Source: an uncultured Bacillota bacterium (GTDB taxonomy: Bacteria > Bacillota_I > Bacilli_A > RFN20 > CAG-826). From it: a DNA stretch of 64,000 bases. The stretch is from NCBI GenBank assembly GCA_937876465.1, contig CALEHV010000023.1:6625-70624 (forward strand), written 5' to 3'. The first letter of the stretch is position 1, and every line of letters begins with the position of its first letter. The translations under genes were made by a program, and so were the position numbers. The notes beneath the pieces are model-generated. The model was not told the DNA's origin, searched no databases, and saw only the letters and a list, made by a program, of their open reading frames with translations. This document shows positions 56,484 to 64,000 of the stretch, piece after piece.

Positions 56484-57101
56484 ATGAAAAAGGCTTACAA
56501 AATTTTAGGAATCTCTGCAATTCTCGCATTATTTATGTCTATTGTTTTAGAACTTTATATATTTATAAGCACTTTACCTAACTATGCAATTAACTTAAAT
56601 GAAGGTGCATCAAATGTTGTTTGTTTTATTGAATGCATTGTTGCAACTTTAGTTTTACTTATTCATATTTTTTGTGGCGTTAAGTGCCTCGTTAAATTGT
56701 TCAATAATGAATGCACATTTAATTATTTCGCAGAGACATTTGTTTGCTTTGCTTTTTTAGACGCAATCGTAAATCTTGCTTTCACTGTTTGTTTTATTTC
56801 TATTAAGGAAAGCAAAATTAGTGATCCGTTTGTAATCGCGTCTTTAGTAATTTTCTCTTTAACTTTATTAACTTGTTTTGTTGCTAGATATATTAAAAGA
56901 GAAAGTAAGATTCTCAACACTATTTGCATTATTTTATTCTTAGGAACCGCTATCTTAGGATTCTTTGAAGTTAATAATCAATTAATAGGAAAAGAAATAA
57001 TTCCTACAATTGAATTTATTCTTCCAATTATTGAATGTTTATCAATCACTCAAGCAATAGCAATTTCGTTATTTTCTTTTAAAAACAGTAATAATTTATA
57101 A
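56484..57101 (+). CDS. polytopic membrane protein, hypothetical
   Basis: 205 aa, ~6 TM. No family recognised. Confidence 0.55.
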   Translation: MKKAYKILGISAILALFMSIVLELYIFISTLPNYAINLNEGASNVVCFIECIVATLVLLIHIFCGVKCLVKLFNNECTFNYFAETFVCFAFLDAIVNLAFTVCFISIKESKISDPFVIASLVIFSLTLLTCFVARYIKRESKILNTICIILFLGTAILGFFEVNNQLIGKEIIPTIEFILPIIECLSITQAIAISLFSFKNSNNL

Positions 57102-57109
57102 TTATTTGG

Positions 57110-57137
57110 TTGAAAAAGCGCTTACAAGGCATATAAT
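57110..57137 (+). promoter_or_regulatory. promoter TTGAAA-16-TATAAT upstream of gdhA
   Basis: -35 at 57110-15 and -10 at 57132-37. This implies a ~90-nt leader. Confidence 0.5.
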
Positions 57138-57185
57138 ATATGTGCACTAAATATGCTTAATACAATAATTTTCGTACGATAATGT

Positions 57186-57206
57186 GCCACTTTTTGTGGC
57201 TTTTTT
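57186..57206 (+). terminator. terminator-like hairpin inside the gdhA leader (candidate attenuator)
   Basis: GCCAC-ttttt-GTGGC followed by TTTTTT. It lies 27 nt upstream of ATG 57233 and downstream of the predicted promoter. Confidence 0.4.
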
Positions 57207-57232
57207 GCGTATGAAAGAAAGAGAGGAAAAGT

Positions 57233-58582
57233 ATGTATAAAAGCGAATACCTCAACAGAGTTTTGGAAGAAGTAAAAGCTAAAAATCCAGAACAAAAGGA
57301 ATTTATCCATGCTGTTGAAGAGTTCTTTGATTCTATGGACTTCATCGTTGATAAAGAACCAAGAATCGAGAAGTATGCAATCTTAGAAAGATTAGTAATG
57401 CCAGAAAGAATTATTTCTTTCAGAGTCCCATGGGTTGACGATGCAGGAAAGATTCACTGCAATATGGGCTATCGTGTTGAATTCAACTCTGCTATTGGAC
57501 CTTATAAAGGCGGTATGAGATTTGATAAATCAGTCAATCTTTCAATTCTCAAATTCTTAGGTTTTGAACAAACATTTAAGAATTCATTAACAGGCCTTCC
57601 AATGGGTGGCGGTAAAGGTGGTTCAGACTTTGATCCAAGAGGCAAATCCGATAATGAAATTATGAGATTCTGCCAAACATTTATGGCTGAACTTTATAGA
57701 CATATTGGACCAAACACAGACGTTCCAGCAGGAGACTTAGGTTTCGGTGCTCGTGAAATTGGTTATATGTTTGGTTACTACAAGAAGATTAGAAACGAAT
57801 TTACAGGTGTCTTTACTGGCAAAGGAGCATCATATGGTGGCTCACTTGGTAGACCAGAAGCTACAGGTTATGGATTACTTTATTTCGTAGCCGAAATGTT
57901 AAAGCACTTTAAGAATGACGAAGTCAAAGGTAAACGTGTCATCATTTCCGGTTCAGGAAAAGTTGGTGGTATGGCAGCAGAGAAGCTAGACCAAATGGGT
58001 GGCAAACTCGTTGCTATGTCTGATATCGAAGGCTTCGTATATGATCCAAACGGATTAGATGTGCCTTACATTACAGCAAAAGCAAAAGAAAAAGGCATGT
58101 TCTCAAAAGACTATGCTGCAGATCACAAAGGTGTTAAATGGGTTGGAGATCCTCACAAGATGTGGGGTGAAGTCGAATGCGACATTGCTCTCCCATGTGC
58201 TACACAAGGTGAAATTCACGAAGAAGACGCAAAACTTCTTAAAAAGAATGGCTGCTACATGTTAGTCGAAGGCGCAAATATGCCATGTGACGTTGAAGCT
58301 ATTAGATATTTCAACGCTAATGGAGTTCTCTTTGCTCCTGGTAAAGCAAGTAATGCTGGTGGTGTTGCAGTTTCAGGTTTAGAAATGACTCAAAACGCAC
58401 TTCACTTACCATGGTCATTTGAAGAAGTTGATGAACGTCTCAAAGGCATTATGAAAGACATCTTCCGTAAATGCCGTGAAACAGCAGAGAAGTTCGGTCA
58501 ACCAACAAATATTGCTTTAGGTGCTAATATTGCCGGCTTCTTAAAAGTCATGGATGCCATGATTGCACAAGGTGTTTGCTAA
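57233..58582 (+). CDS. gdhA: NADP-specific glutamate dehydrogenase
   Basis: GPYKGGMRF, LPMGGGKGGSDFDPRGKS. GAGAGG RBS. Confidence 0.95.
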   Translation: MYKSEYLNRVLEEVKAKNPEQKEFIHAVEEFFDSMDFIVDKEPRIEKYAILERLVMPERIISFRVPWVDDAGKIHCNMGYRVEFNSAIGPYKGGMRFDKSVNLSILKFLGFEQTFKNSLTGLPMGGGKGGSDFDPRGKSDNEIMRFCQTFMAELYRHIGPNTDVPAGDLGFGAREIGYMFGYYKKIRNEFTGVFTGKGASYGGSLGRPEATGYGLLYFVAEMLKHFKNDEVKGKRVIISGSGKVGGMAAEKLDQMGGKLVAMSDIEGFVYDPNGLDVPYITAKAKEKGMFSKDYAADHKGVKWVGDPHKMWGEVECDIALPCATQGEIHEEDAKLLKKNGCYMLVEGANMPCDVEAIRYFNANGVLFAPGKASNAGGVAVSGLEMTQNALHLPWSFEEVDERLKGIMKDIFRKCRETAEKFGQPTNIALGANIAGFLKVMDAMIAQGVC

Positions 58583-59874
58583 TGAGTTTTAATACAATTC
58601 GTGCTCCTCATATATTGCTTCCTAAAAAGGGCGTTGATTTAAACGCATGGGCAGTTATTGCCTGTGACCAATTCACATCCGATATGGAATATTGGAGAGA
58701 TGTTGAAAAACTTACCAAAGGTAAAGAATCAACATATCATATGATGTTTCCAGAAGCATATCTTGGACACGTTGATGAAAAAGCATACATCGAAGGAATT
58801 AATAAAAATATTCAAAATTATCTCGATAATGGTGTTTTAGAAGACCAAGGAGAATGCTTCATTCTTGTTGATCGTAAGACAAGTGTCGTAGATAGAAGAC
58901 TTGGATTAGTTATCTCTATTGACTTAGAGGATTACACATATGCAAAAGGCGTTAAGAGCCTTATTCGTGCTAGTGAAGCAACCATTGTCGAACGTATTCC
59001 TCCAAGATTAAAAATTAGAGAAAATGCTCCTGTTGAATTACCACATATCTTGTTCTTATTTGACGACAAAGATAAAGAGATTATCGAGTCGTTATATAGT
59101 AACAGAGATAAATTAGAAAAAGTCTATGACTTTGATTTGAATAAAGATGGTGGTCATATCACAGGTTACAAAGTAACTAATACAAGCGAAATAATTGCTA
59201 AATTCGAAGCTTTATTAAAGAAGAATAATAATGGTCTCTTATTCATTGTTGGAGATGGAAACCATTCCCTTGCTACAGCAAAAGCTCACTGGGACAAAAT
59301 TAAAGTTAATCTTTCTGAAGAAGAGAAACAAAATCACCCAGCAAGATACGCTTTAGTCGAAGCTCTTAACATTTATGATGAAGGTTTAATATTTGAACCA
59401 ATTCATAGAATTGTATTTGATAAAGATAGAGAATTTGCAAAGAAATTATGTGAACGTCTTGAACTTGAATTTGTTCAAAAAGATCGCGGAGTTAACTTAA
59501 ACGCTATTGAAGCGCAAGTATATCAAAAAGAGCATCCTGAAAATGTGTTTGAAACATTCTGGTACAGAAATGGTAAAGAACACAAAATTGGAATGCCAAA
59601 GAACGCTCCAAAATGTTACAAGATCGTTCAATCATTCATCGATGAGTATCTAAAATCTCATCCAGAAGTAAACGTGGATTATATCCATGATGTAGGCGAC
59701 TTATTGAAAGTCGCAGATAAGAATCCGGATTCAGTTGCTGTTGCAATGCCGGCTCTTACAAAAGGTGATGTATTTGATTACATTGCCGCAGACGATGTCC
59801 TTCCAAGAAAATCATTCTCAATGGGACACGCCACAGAAAAGCGTTATTATCTCGAATCAAAGAGAATTAAATAA
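58582..59874 (+). CDS. DUF1015-like protein of unknown function
   Basis: ~430 aa. The N-terminal IACDQFTS and central GDGNHSLATAKAHW resemble the DUF1015 PYDV and DGHHR motifs. Its ATG overlaps the gdhA stop (TAATG). Confidence 0.5.
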   Translation: MSFNTIRAPHILLPKKGVDLNAWAVIACDQFTSDMEYWRDVEKLTKGKESTYHMMFPEAYLGHVDEKAYIEGINKNIQNYLDNGVLEDQGECFILVDRKTSVVDRRLGLVISIDLEDYTYAKGVKSLIRASEATIVERIPPRLKIRENAPVELPHILFLFDDKDKEIIESLYSNRDKLEKVYDFDLNKDGGHITGYKVTNTSEIIAKFEALLKKNNNGLLFIVGDGNHSLATAKAHWDKIKVNLSEEEKQNHPARYALVEALNIYDEGLIFEPIHRIVFDKDREFAKKLCERLELEFVQKDRGVNLNAIEAQVYQKEHPENVFETFWYRNGKEHKIGMPKNAPKCYKIVQSFIDEYLKSHPEVNVDYIHDVGDLLKVADKNPDSVAVAMPALTKGDVFDYIAADDVLPRKSFSMGHATEKRYYLESKRIK

Positions 59875-59896
59875 CTAAAAAGGAGAAAACAAAAAA

Positions 59897-60988
59897 ATGA
59901 TGAAAAATCGTATTTTCAACTTCTCAGCTGGACCAGCTATGCTTCCAGAAGAAGTCCTCAAAGAAGCCAAAGCAGATATGCTCGACTATCATGGTTGCGG
60001 AATGTCTGTTATGGAAATGTCTCACCGTTCAAAAGTTTATCAACAAATCATTGATGAAGCTGAAGCAGACTTACGTAAATTAATTGGTATTCCAGACAAT
60101 TACAAAGTCTTATTCCTTCAAGGCGGTGCAACACTTCAATTCGCTTTAATTCCACTTAACTTCATGGTTAATGGTAAAGCCGATTACATTAATACAGGTG
60201 TTTGGACAAAGAAAGCTATTAAAGACGCAAAGATTTATGGTGAAGTTAATGTCATCGCATCTGGCGAAGAAGATGGCTTCCGTTCAATTCCAAAGGTTAG
60301 TCCTAAGAAGATTGATAAAGATGCAGACTATGTCTACATTTGCGATAACAATACAATCTATGGTTCAAAGATGAAGAAATACCCAGACACAGGCGATATA
60401 CCTCTCATCGCTGATATGTCTTCATGTTTCTTAAGCGAACCTATCGACGTTAAGAAATTCGGCATGATTTATGCTGGTGCACAAAAGAACGTTGGTCCTG
60501 CAGGTGTCACAATTTGTATTATTCGTGACGACCTCCTTGCAAGAACTCCAAAACATGCACCTCTTCCAGCATACTTTGATTACAGAATCCATGCAGAAAA
60601 TGGATCAATGTATAATACCCCACCAACCTATGGTATCTACATTTGTGGTTTAGTCTTCAAATGGTTACTCAAGAATGGTGGTCTTGAAGCAAGAGAAAAA
60701 GCAAATAAATCAAAAGCAAGATTACTTTACAATTATCTTGATAAGTCAACATTCTATAAACCATACGTTGCTAAGAAAGACCGTTCATTAATGAACGTTA
60801 CATTCCGTACTCCAAGTGATGAACTTGATGCAGAATTCTTAGAAGGCGCAAAGAAATATAGATTTACAAACCTCAAAGGACATAGATTAACTGGTGGACT
60901 TCGTGCATCAATTTATAATGCTATGCCACGTAAAGGTGTCGTTGCTCTTATTAATTACATGAAAGAATTTGAAGAGGCACATAAATAA
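59897..60988 (+). CDS. serC: phosphoserine aminotransferase
   Basis: FNFSAGPAMLPEEV, GAQKNVGPAGVT (PLP Lys), GGLRASIYNAMP. Confidence 0.95.
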   Translation: MMKNRIFNFSAGPAMLPEEVLKEAKADMLDYHGCGMSVMEMSHRSKVYQQIIDEAEADLRKLIGIPDNYKVLFLQGGATLQFALIPLNFMVNGKADYINTGVWTKKAIKDAKIYGEVNVIASGEEDGFRSIPKVSPKKIDKDADYVYICDNNTIYGSKMKKYPDTGDIPLIADMSSCFLSEPIDVKKFGMIYAGAQKNVGPAGVTICIIRDDLLARTPKHAPLPAYFDYRIHAENGSMYNTPPTYGIYICGLVFKWLLKNGGLEAREKANKSKARLLYNYLDKSTFYKPYVAKKDRSLMNVTFRTPSDELDAEFLEGAKKYRFTNLKGHRLTGGLRASIYNAMPRKGVVALINYMKEFEEAHK

Positions 60989-62133
60989 TGAATATCCATT
61001 GTTTAAATAAAATCTCACCTGTAGGATTGAAGGTTTTACCTTCATCCTATAAGGTTGTTGACGATATAAATGATTGTGATGCAATCATGGTTCGTAGTGC
61101 AGTCATGCACGAAATGGTTCTTCCAGAAAGAGTATTAGCAGTTGGCCGTGCTGGCGCAGGTGTTAATAACATTCCATTAGATGTTTACGCAAAAGCTGGT
61201 GTCGTTGTATTCAACACTCCAGGTGCAAATGCTAACGCTGTTAAAGAATTAACAATTGCTGCTATGCTTCTTGCGTGCCGTGATATCAAAGGCTCAATGA
61301 AATGGGTTGAAGATAATAAAGGCGATGAAGCAATCAACAAATCCATGGAAAAAGCAAAATCAGCATTTGCTGGTAGCGAAATCATGGGTAAAATTCTTGG
61401 AATTATTGGTTTAGGCGCAATTGGTGCTTTAGTTGCTCAAGCAGCTGGCGCTCTTGGTATGCATGTTATTGCAGTTGAGCCAAGTGCTGCAACAGTTGAA
61501 AGAAACAAAGCTTTATTACCTGCTGATATTGAAATCGTTTCAAACGATGAACTCTATAAACGTGCAGATTTCATCTCAGTTCACGTTCCACTTTGTGACG
61601 GAACAAAAGGAATGATTAATAAAGATGCATTCAATAAGATGAAAGACGGCGTTGTTGTTATTAACTGTGCTCGTGATGCAATTGTTAATGATGACGATAT
61701 GGAAGAAGCAATTAAAGCTGGAAAAGTTAGAAAATACGTTACAGATTTCCCTAACTACAAGACAGCAAATATGGATGGCGTAATTGCTATTTCACACTTA
61801 GGTGCTTCTACAGAAGAAGCTGAAGATAACTGCGCTGCAATGGCAGCTAAACAAATCGTTGATTATGTTGAAAATGGTAACATTATCAATTCAGTCAACT
61901 TCCCACGTTTAGATTTAGGCAAAAAAGAAGGACATCGTGTTGTTGTTCTCTATGAAGGGGATATGTCAGACGAAGTTCAAGGTGCAGTCGCAAAAGTTAC
62001 AAAGATTAAGAAAATGGTTAGCGGAGTTCACAAGAGTGGATTCGGCGCTTCATTATTCGAAGTCGAAGATAAAGTTTGTGCTAAATGCTTAGGCATGGGT
62101 GATAAAGTTATCAGAGTTATTCCAGTAGAATAA
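60988..62133 (+). CDS. serA: D-3-phosphoglycerate dehydrogenase
   Basis: GIIGLGAIGALVA NAD fold and a 2-hydroxyacid dehydrogenase core with a C-terminal regulatory domain. Its ATG overlaps the serC stop. Confidence 0.9.
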   Translation: MNIHCLNKISPVGLKVLPSSYKVVDDINDCDAIMVRSAVMHEMVLPERVLAVGRAGAGVNNIPLDVYAKAGVVVFNTPGANANAVKELTIAAMLLACRDIKGSMKWVEDNKGDEAINKSMEKAKSAFAGSEIMGKILGIIGLGAIGALVAQAAGALGMHVIAVEPSAATVERNKALLPADIEIVSNDELYKRADFISVHVPLCDGTKGMINKDAFNKMKDGVVVINCARDAIVNDDDMEEAIKAGKVRKYVTDFPNYKTANMDGVIAISHLGASTEEAEDNCAAMAAKQIVDYVENGNIINSVNFPRLDLGKKEGHRVVVLYEGDMSDEVQGAVAKVTKIKKMVSGVHKSGFGASLFEVEDKVCAKCLGMGDKVIRVIPVE

Positions 62134-62151
62134 ACTAAGATTCTAAAAAAG

Positions 62152-62178
62152 AGCATAGGATTTATCCTATGCTTTTTC
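62152..62178 (+). terminator. rho-independent terminator
   Basis: AGCATAGGA-ttta-TCCTATGCT followed by TTTTT. Confidence 0.85.
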
Positions 62179-62239
62179 TTTTTGTATGAATCAATTTATG
62201 CATATGTATGTTAATAGGGTGTAAAAACAAAGTTTATTT

Positions 62240-62248
62240 TGTTATTAT
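62240..62248 (+). promoter_or_regulatory. extended -10 TGtTATTAT for a leaderless mRNA
   Basis: Ends 6 nt before ATG 62255. No SD. Confidence 0.4.
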
Positions 62249-62254
62249 TTTGGT

Positions 62255-63922
62255 ATGAAAAAGTTTCGTTTGTTTGCGTTCTTATCAATCGCATTAGTTT
62301 TAAGTTCGTGTAGCTGGAATAATCCAAAGCCTACATCAACTTCTTCAACTACAAGTCAATCTTCAAGCAGTTCTAGTAGTAGCACAAGTAGTTCTACTTC
62401 TGGTTCTTCTACTTCACAATCTTCTTCAAGCAGTTCATCTTCCTCGACAAGTAAACCTCGTCCAACAGGAAAAGTAGATATTGGCTTTAGTTGTATTAAT
62501 GATTTTCATGGTGCGATTAATGAATTAACAGGTTCAAATCCTCAACCAGGACTCGCAAAAGTTGCTGGATATTTAAAAGCCAAGAAAAACCAAGGAAATA
62601 TTCTTATTAATTCTGGTGATATGTGGCAAGGAACTTTTGAATCGAATTTCAATTCTGGAGAACTTGTAACAAAAGCATTTAAAGAAATTGGCTTTGATGC
62701 TTCAATTCTTGGTAACCACGAATTTGACTGGAGAGTTGAACAAATTAGAAAGAATCAAACAACATATGGCGAAGACTTCTTGTGTGCAAACATCATGCAA
62801 TACAATGCAAGTGGTAATCCAAGTTATGTTGGTGATAGATTTGACTTAGGTTCTACTTACAAAATTGTGGAAAGCAATGGTGTTAGAGTTGGTATTATTG
62901 GCGTCATTGGAAAAGATCAATTTTCTTCAATTGATTCACAAAATACAAAAGACTTTGTTTTCTTAGATCCAACTCCAATAGTTCAAGAAATCTCTACAAA
63001 TCTCCGTCAAAACCACGATTGTCAGATTGTTGTAGCCTCTTATCACGCTGCCTCTTATGATGCAGGAACAGATATATTAGGAACTGACGAATTTGGTAAT
63101 AGATATGTTGATGCAGTTTTCTGCGCTCATAGTCACCAACAAGAAGGAATTGTTGAAGAATTACACTATGGGGATATCACAGAATATGTTCCTTATATTC
63201 AAAGTGGATGCAATGGTTGGTATTGCGGAAACGTTACATTAACTTACGATTGGGATACTGGAAGAACAACATTAAACCAAGACTTAACAACTTGGAACGA
63301 ATCGATTACACATAGTTCTGTTGCTGCCGATCCTGTTGTCGCTTCATTAGTGAGTGAATACAATGCAGCTTCTAGTTCAGCAGGCAATGTTGTTCTAGGA
63401 AGTGCAACAAGACAAATCTCAAAAGATATTGCTGCTAATATGACAGCAAAAGGCATGTATGACCTCTGCCAAGAAAATAATGAAACAGATGTTGTTCTTG
63501 CAATGACAAACGTAGCAAGAAATAACATCTATTCAGGAACAGTTAAAATGTCTGACGCAATTACATGTCTTCCATTTAACAACCAAATTGTTGTTTGCGA
63601 TGTCACAGGTAATGATTTATATAAAGAATGTAGATACAACTACGTTTACAATCCTTCACATTTAACATTTAGTTATGGAGACACAACCATTTATAGAGTT
63701 GCTGTATGTTCTTACGTTGCATACCATGCAGGAATGGAAGATAACTATAGAAAATACTATAACTACTTCCCAAGTATCACTAACATTCACGAATTAGATG
63801 ATGGAAGTGGAAACCTTATCTACTATCGTGATGGCTTATTAAAGCAATTTGAAGATCAGTTTGGAAATTATGGTAACACCATTAATCCAGACAACTATAT
63901 GGGTGAAGACTATAATGCTTGA
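62255..63922 (+). CDS. lipoprotein 5'-nucleotidase / 2',3'-cyclic phosphodiesterase family (metallophosphoesterase plus 5'-NT C-domain)
   Basis: Lipobox VLSSC, S-rich linker, INDFHG, GDMWQG, GNHEFDW, CAHSH. Ends with TGA. Confidence 0.85.
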   Translation: MKKFRLFAFLSIALVLSSCSWNNPKPTSTSSTTSQSSSSSSSSTSSSTSGSSTSQSSSSSSSSSTSKPRPTGKVDIGFSCINDFHGAINELTGSNPQPGLAKVAGYLKAKKNQGNILINSGDMWQGTFESNFNSGELVTKAFKEIGFDASILGNHEFDWRVEQIRKNQTTYGEDFLCANIMQYNASGNPSYVGDRFDLGSTYKIVESNGVRVGIIGVIGKDQFSSIDSQNTKDFVFLDPTPIVQEISTNLRQNHDCQIVVASYHAASYDAGTDILGTDEFGNRYVDAVFCAHSHQQEGIVEELHYGDITEYVPYIQSGCNGWYCGNVTLTYDWDTGRTTLNQDLTTWNESITHSSVAADPVVASLVSEYNAASSSAGNVVLGSATRQISKDIAANMTAKGMYDLCQENNETDVVLAMTNVARNNIYSGTVKMSDAITCLPFNNQIVVCDVTGNDLYKECRYNYVYNPSHLTFSYGDTTIYRVAVCSYVAYHAGMEDNYRKYYNYFPSITNIHELDDGSGNLIYYRDGLLKQFEDQFGNYGNTINPDNYMGEDYNA

Positions 63923-64000
63923 ACTACTCCCACTTAAACAATTAATTGTTTTGAAGATGGGAGATTCCTACTCAAGAATCCTAATGGATTCAGTATCTAT

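Noticed and set aside
62255-63922. Possibility of genetic code 4 (TGA = Trp), as in Mycoplasma/Spiroplasma.
   Set aside because: All conserved genes are intact under the standard code. Conserved Trp positions are encoded by TGG, and this CDS terminates at TGA (63920-22) at the expected protein length.
63927-63963. The hairpin CTCCCA..AAACAATTAATTGTTT..TGGGAG after the last CDS as a terminator.
   Set aside because: There is no T-run after the stem and the window ends 37 nt later, so the context is unknown.

Overview
This 64-kb chromosomal window comes from a low-GC bacterium that uses the standard genetic code: Trp is TGG, and TGA ends the last CDS. Several traits point to a Mollicutes-like, reduced Bacillota lineage (Erysipelotrichia / Acholeplasma / RF39 type), though the taxon is an inference. 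These traits are Cys-lipoproteins with long Ser/Thr linkers, membrane-anchored Endonuclease-I nucleases, salvage-heavy metabolism, and a Firmicute-style S10-spc-alpha operon without rpsD.

Layout:
- 1-11.4 kb: an accessory surface and regulatory region. It holds gene debris, two XRE-type regulators with upstream iterons, a 953-aa repeat lipoprotein operon, a repeat membrane protein plus an MscS channel, and a hairpin-dense RNA region upstream of a RhuM-N/Doc fusion.
- 11.4-13.6 kb (minus strand): an STAS / RsbW-like kinase / membrane PP2C partner-switching operon with no sigma factor nearby.
- 13.8-31.1 kb: surE, glyA, two tandem Endonuclease-I paralogues, add, mazG, a GtrA/GT4 pair and prs. 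A preQ1-riboswitch-controlled queuosine salvage cluster follows (queT, a flavin-reductase-like gene, tgt, queA, queH), then a double acyltransferase.
- 31.2-46.3 kb: a complete rpsJ-to-rplQ ribosomal superoperon including secY, adk, map, infA, rpmJ and rpoA. It lacks rpmD, and five r-proteins carry Ala/Lys/Pro-rich tails.
- 46.4-64 kb: a third nuclease with four Big_2 domains, a streptopain-like cysteine peptidase plus a small lipoprotein, preT/preA, a Fic protein, a sirtuin, a gdhA-DUF1015-serC-serA operon and a lipoprotein 5'-nucleotidase.

I found no rRNA, tRNA, CRISPR array, transposase or integrase, and no recognised defence system.

The most unusual candidates are:
- the structured RNA (or micro-ORF) upstream of the Doc fusion;
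- the orphan partner-switching module;
- the XRE/lipoprotein surface operon;
- the flavin-reductase-like gene inside the riboswitch-controlled Q operon;
- the peptidase/lipoprotein pair;
- the DUF1015 gene embedded in the serine operon;
- the r-protein tails.

All family assignments were made by eye from motifs. No database search was run.
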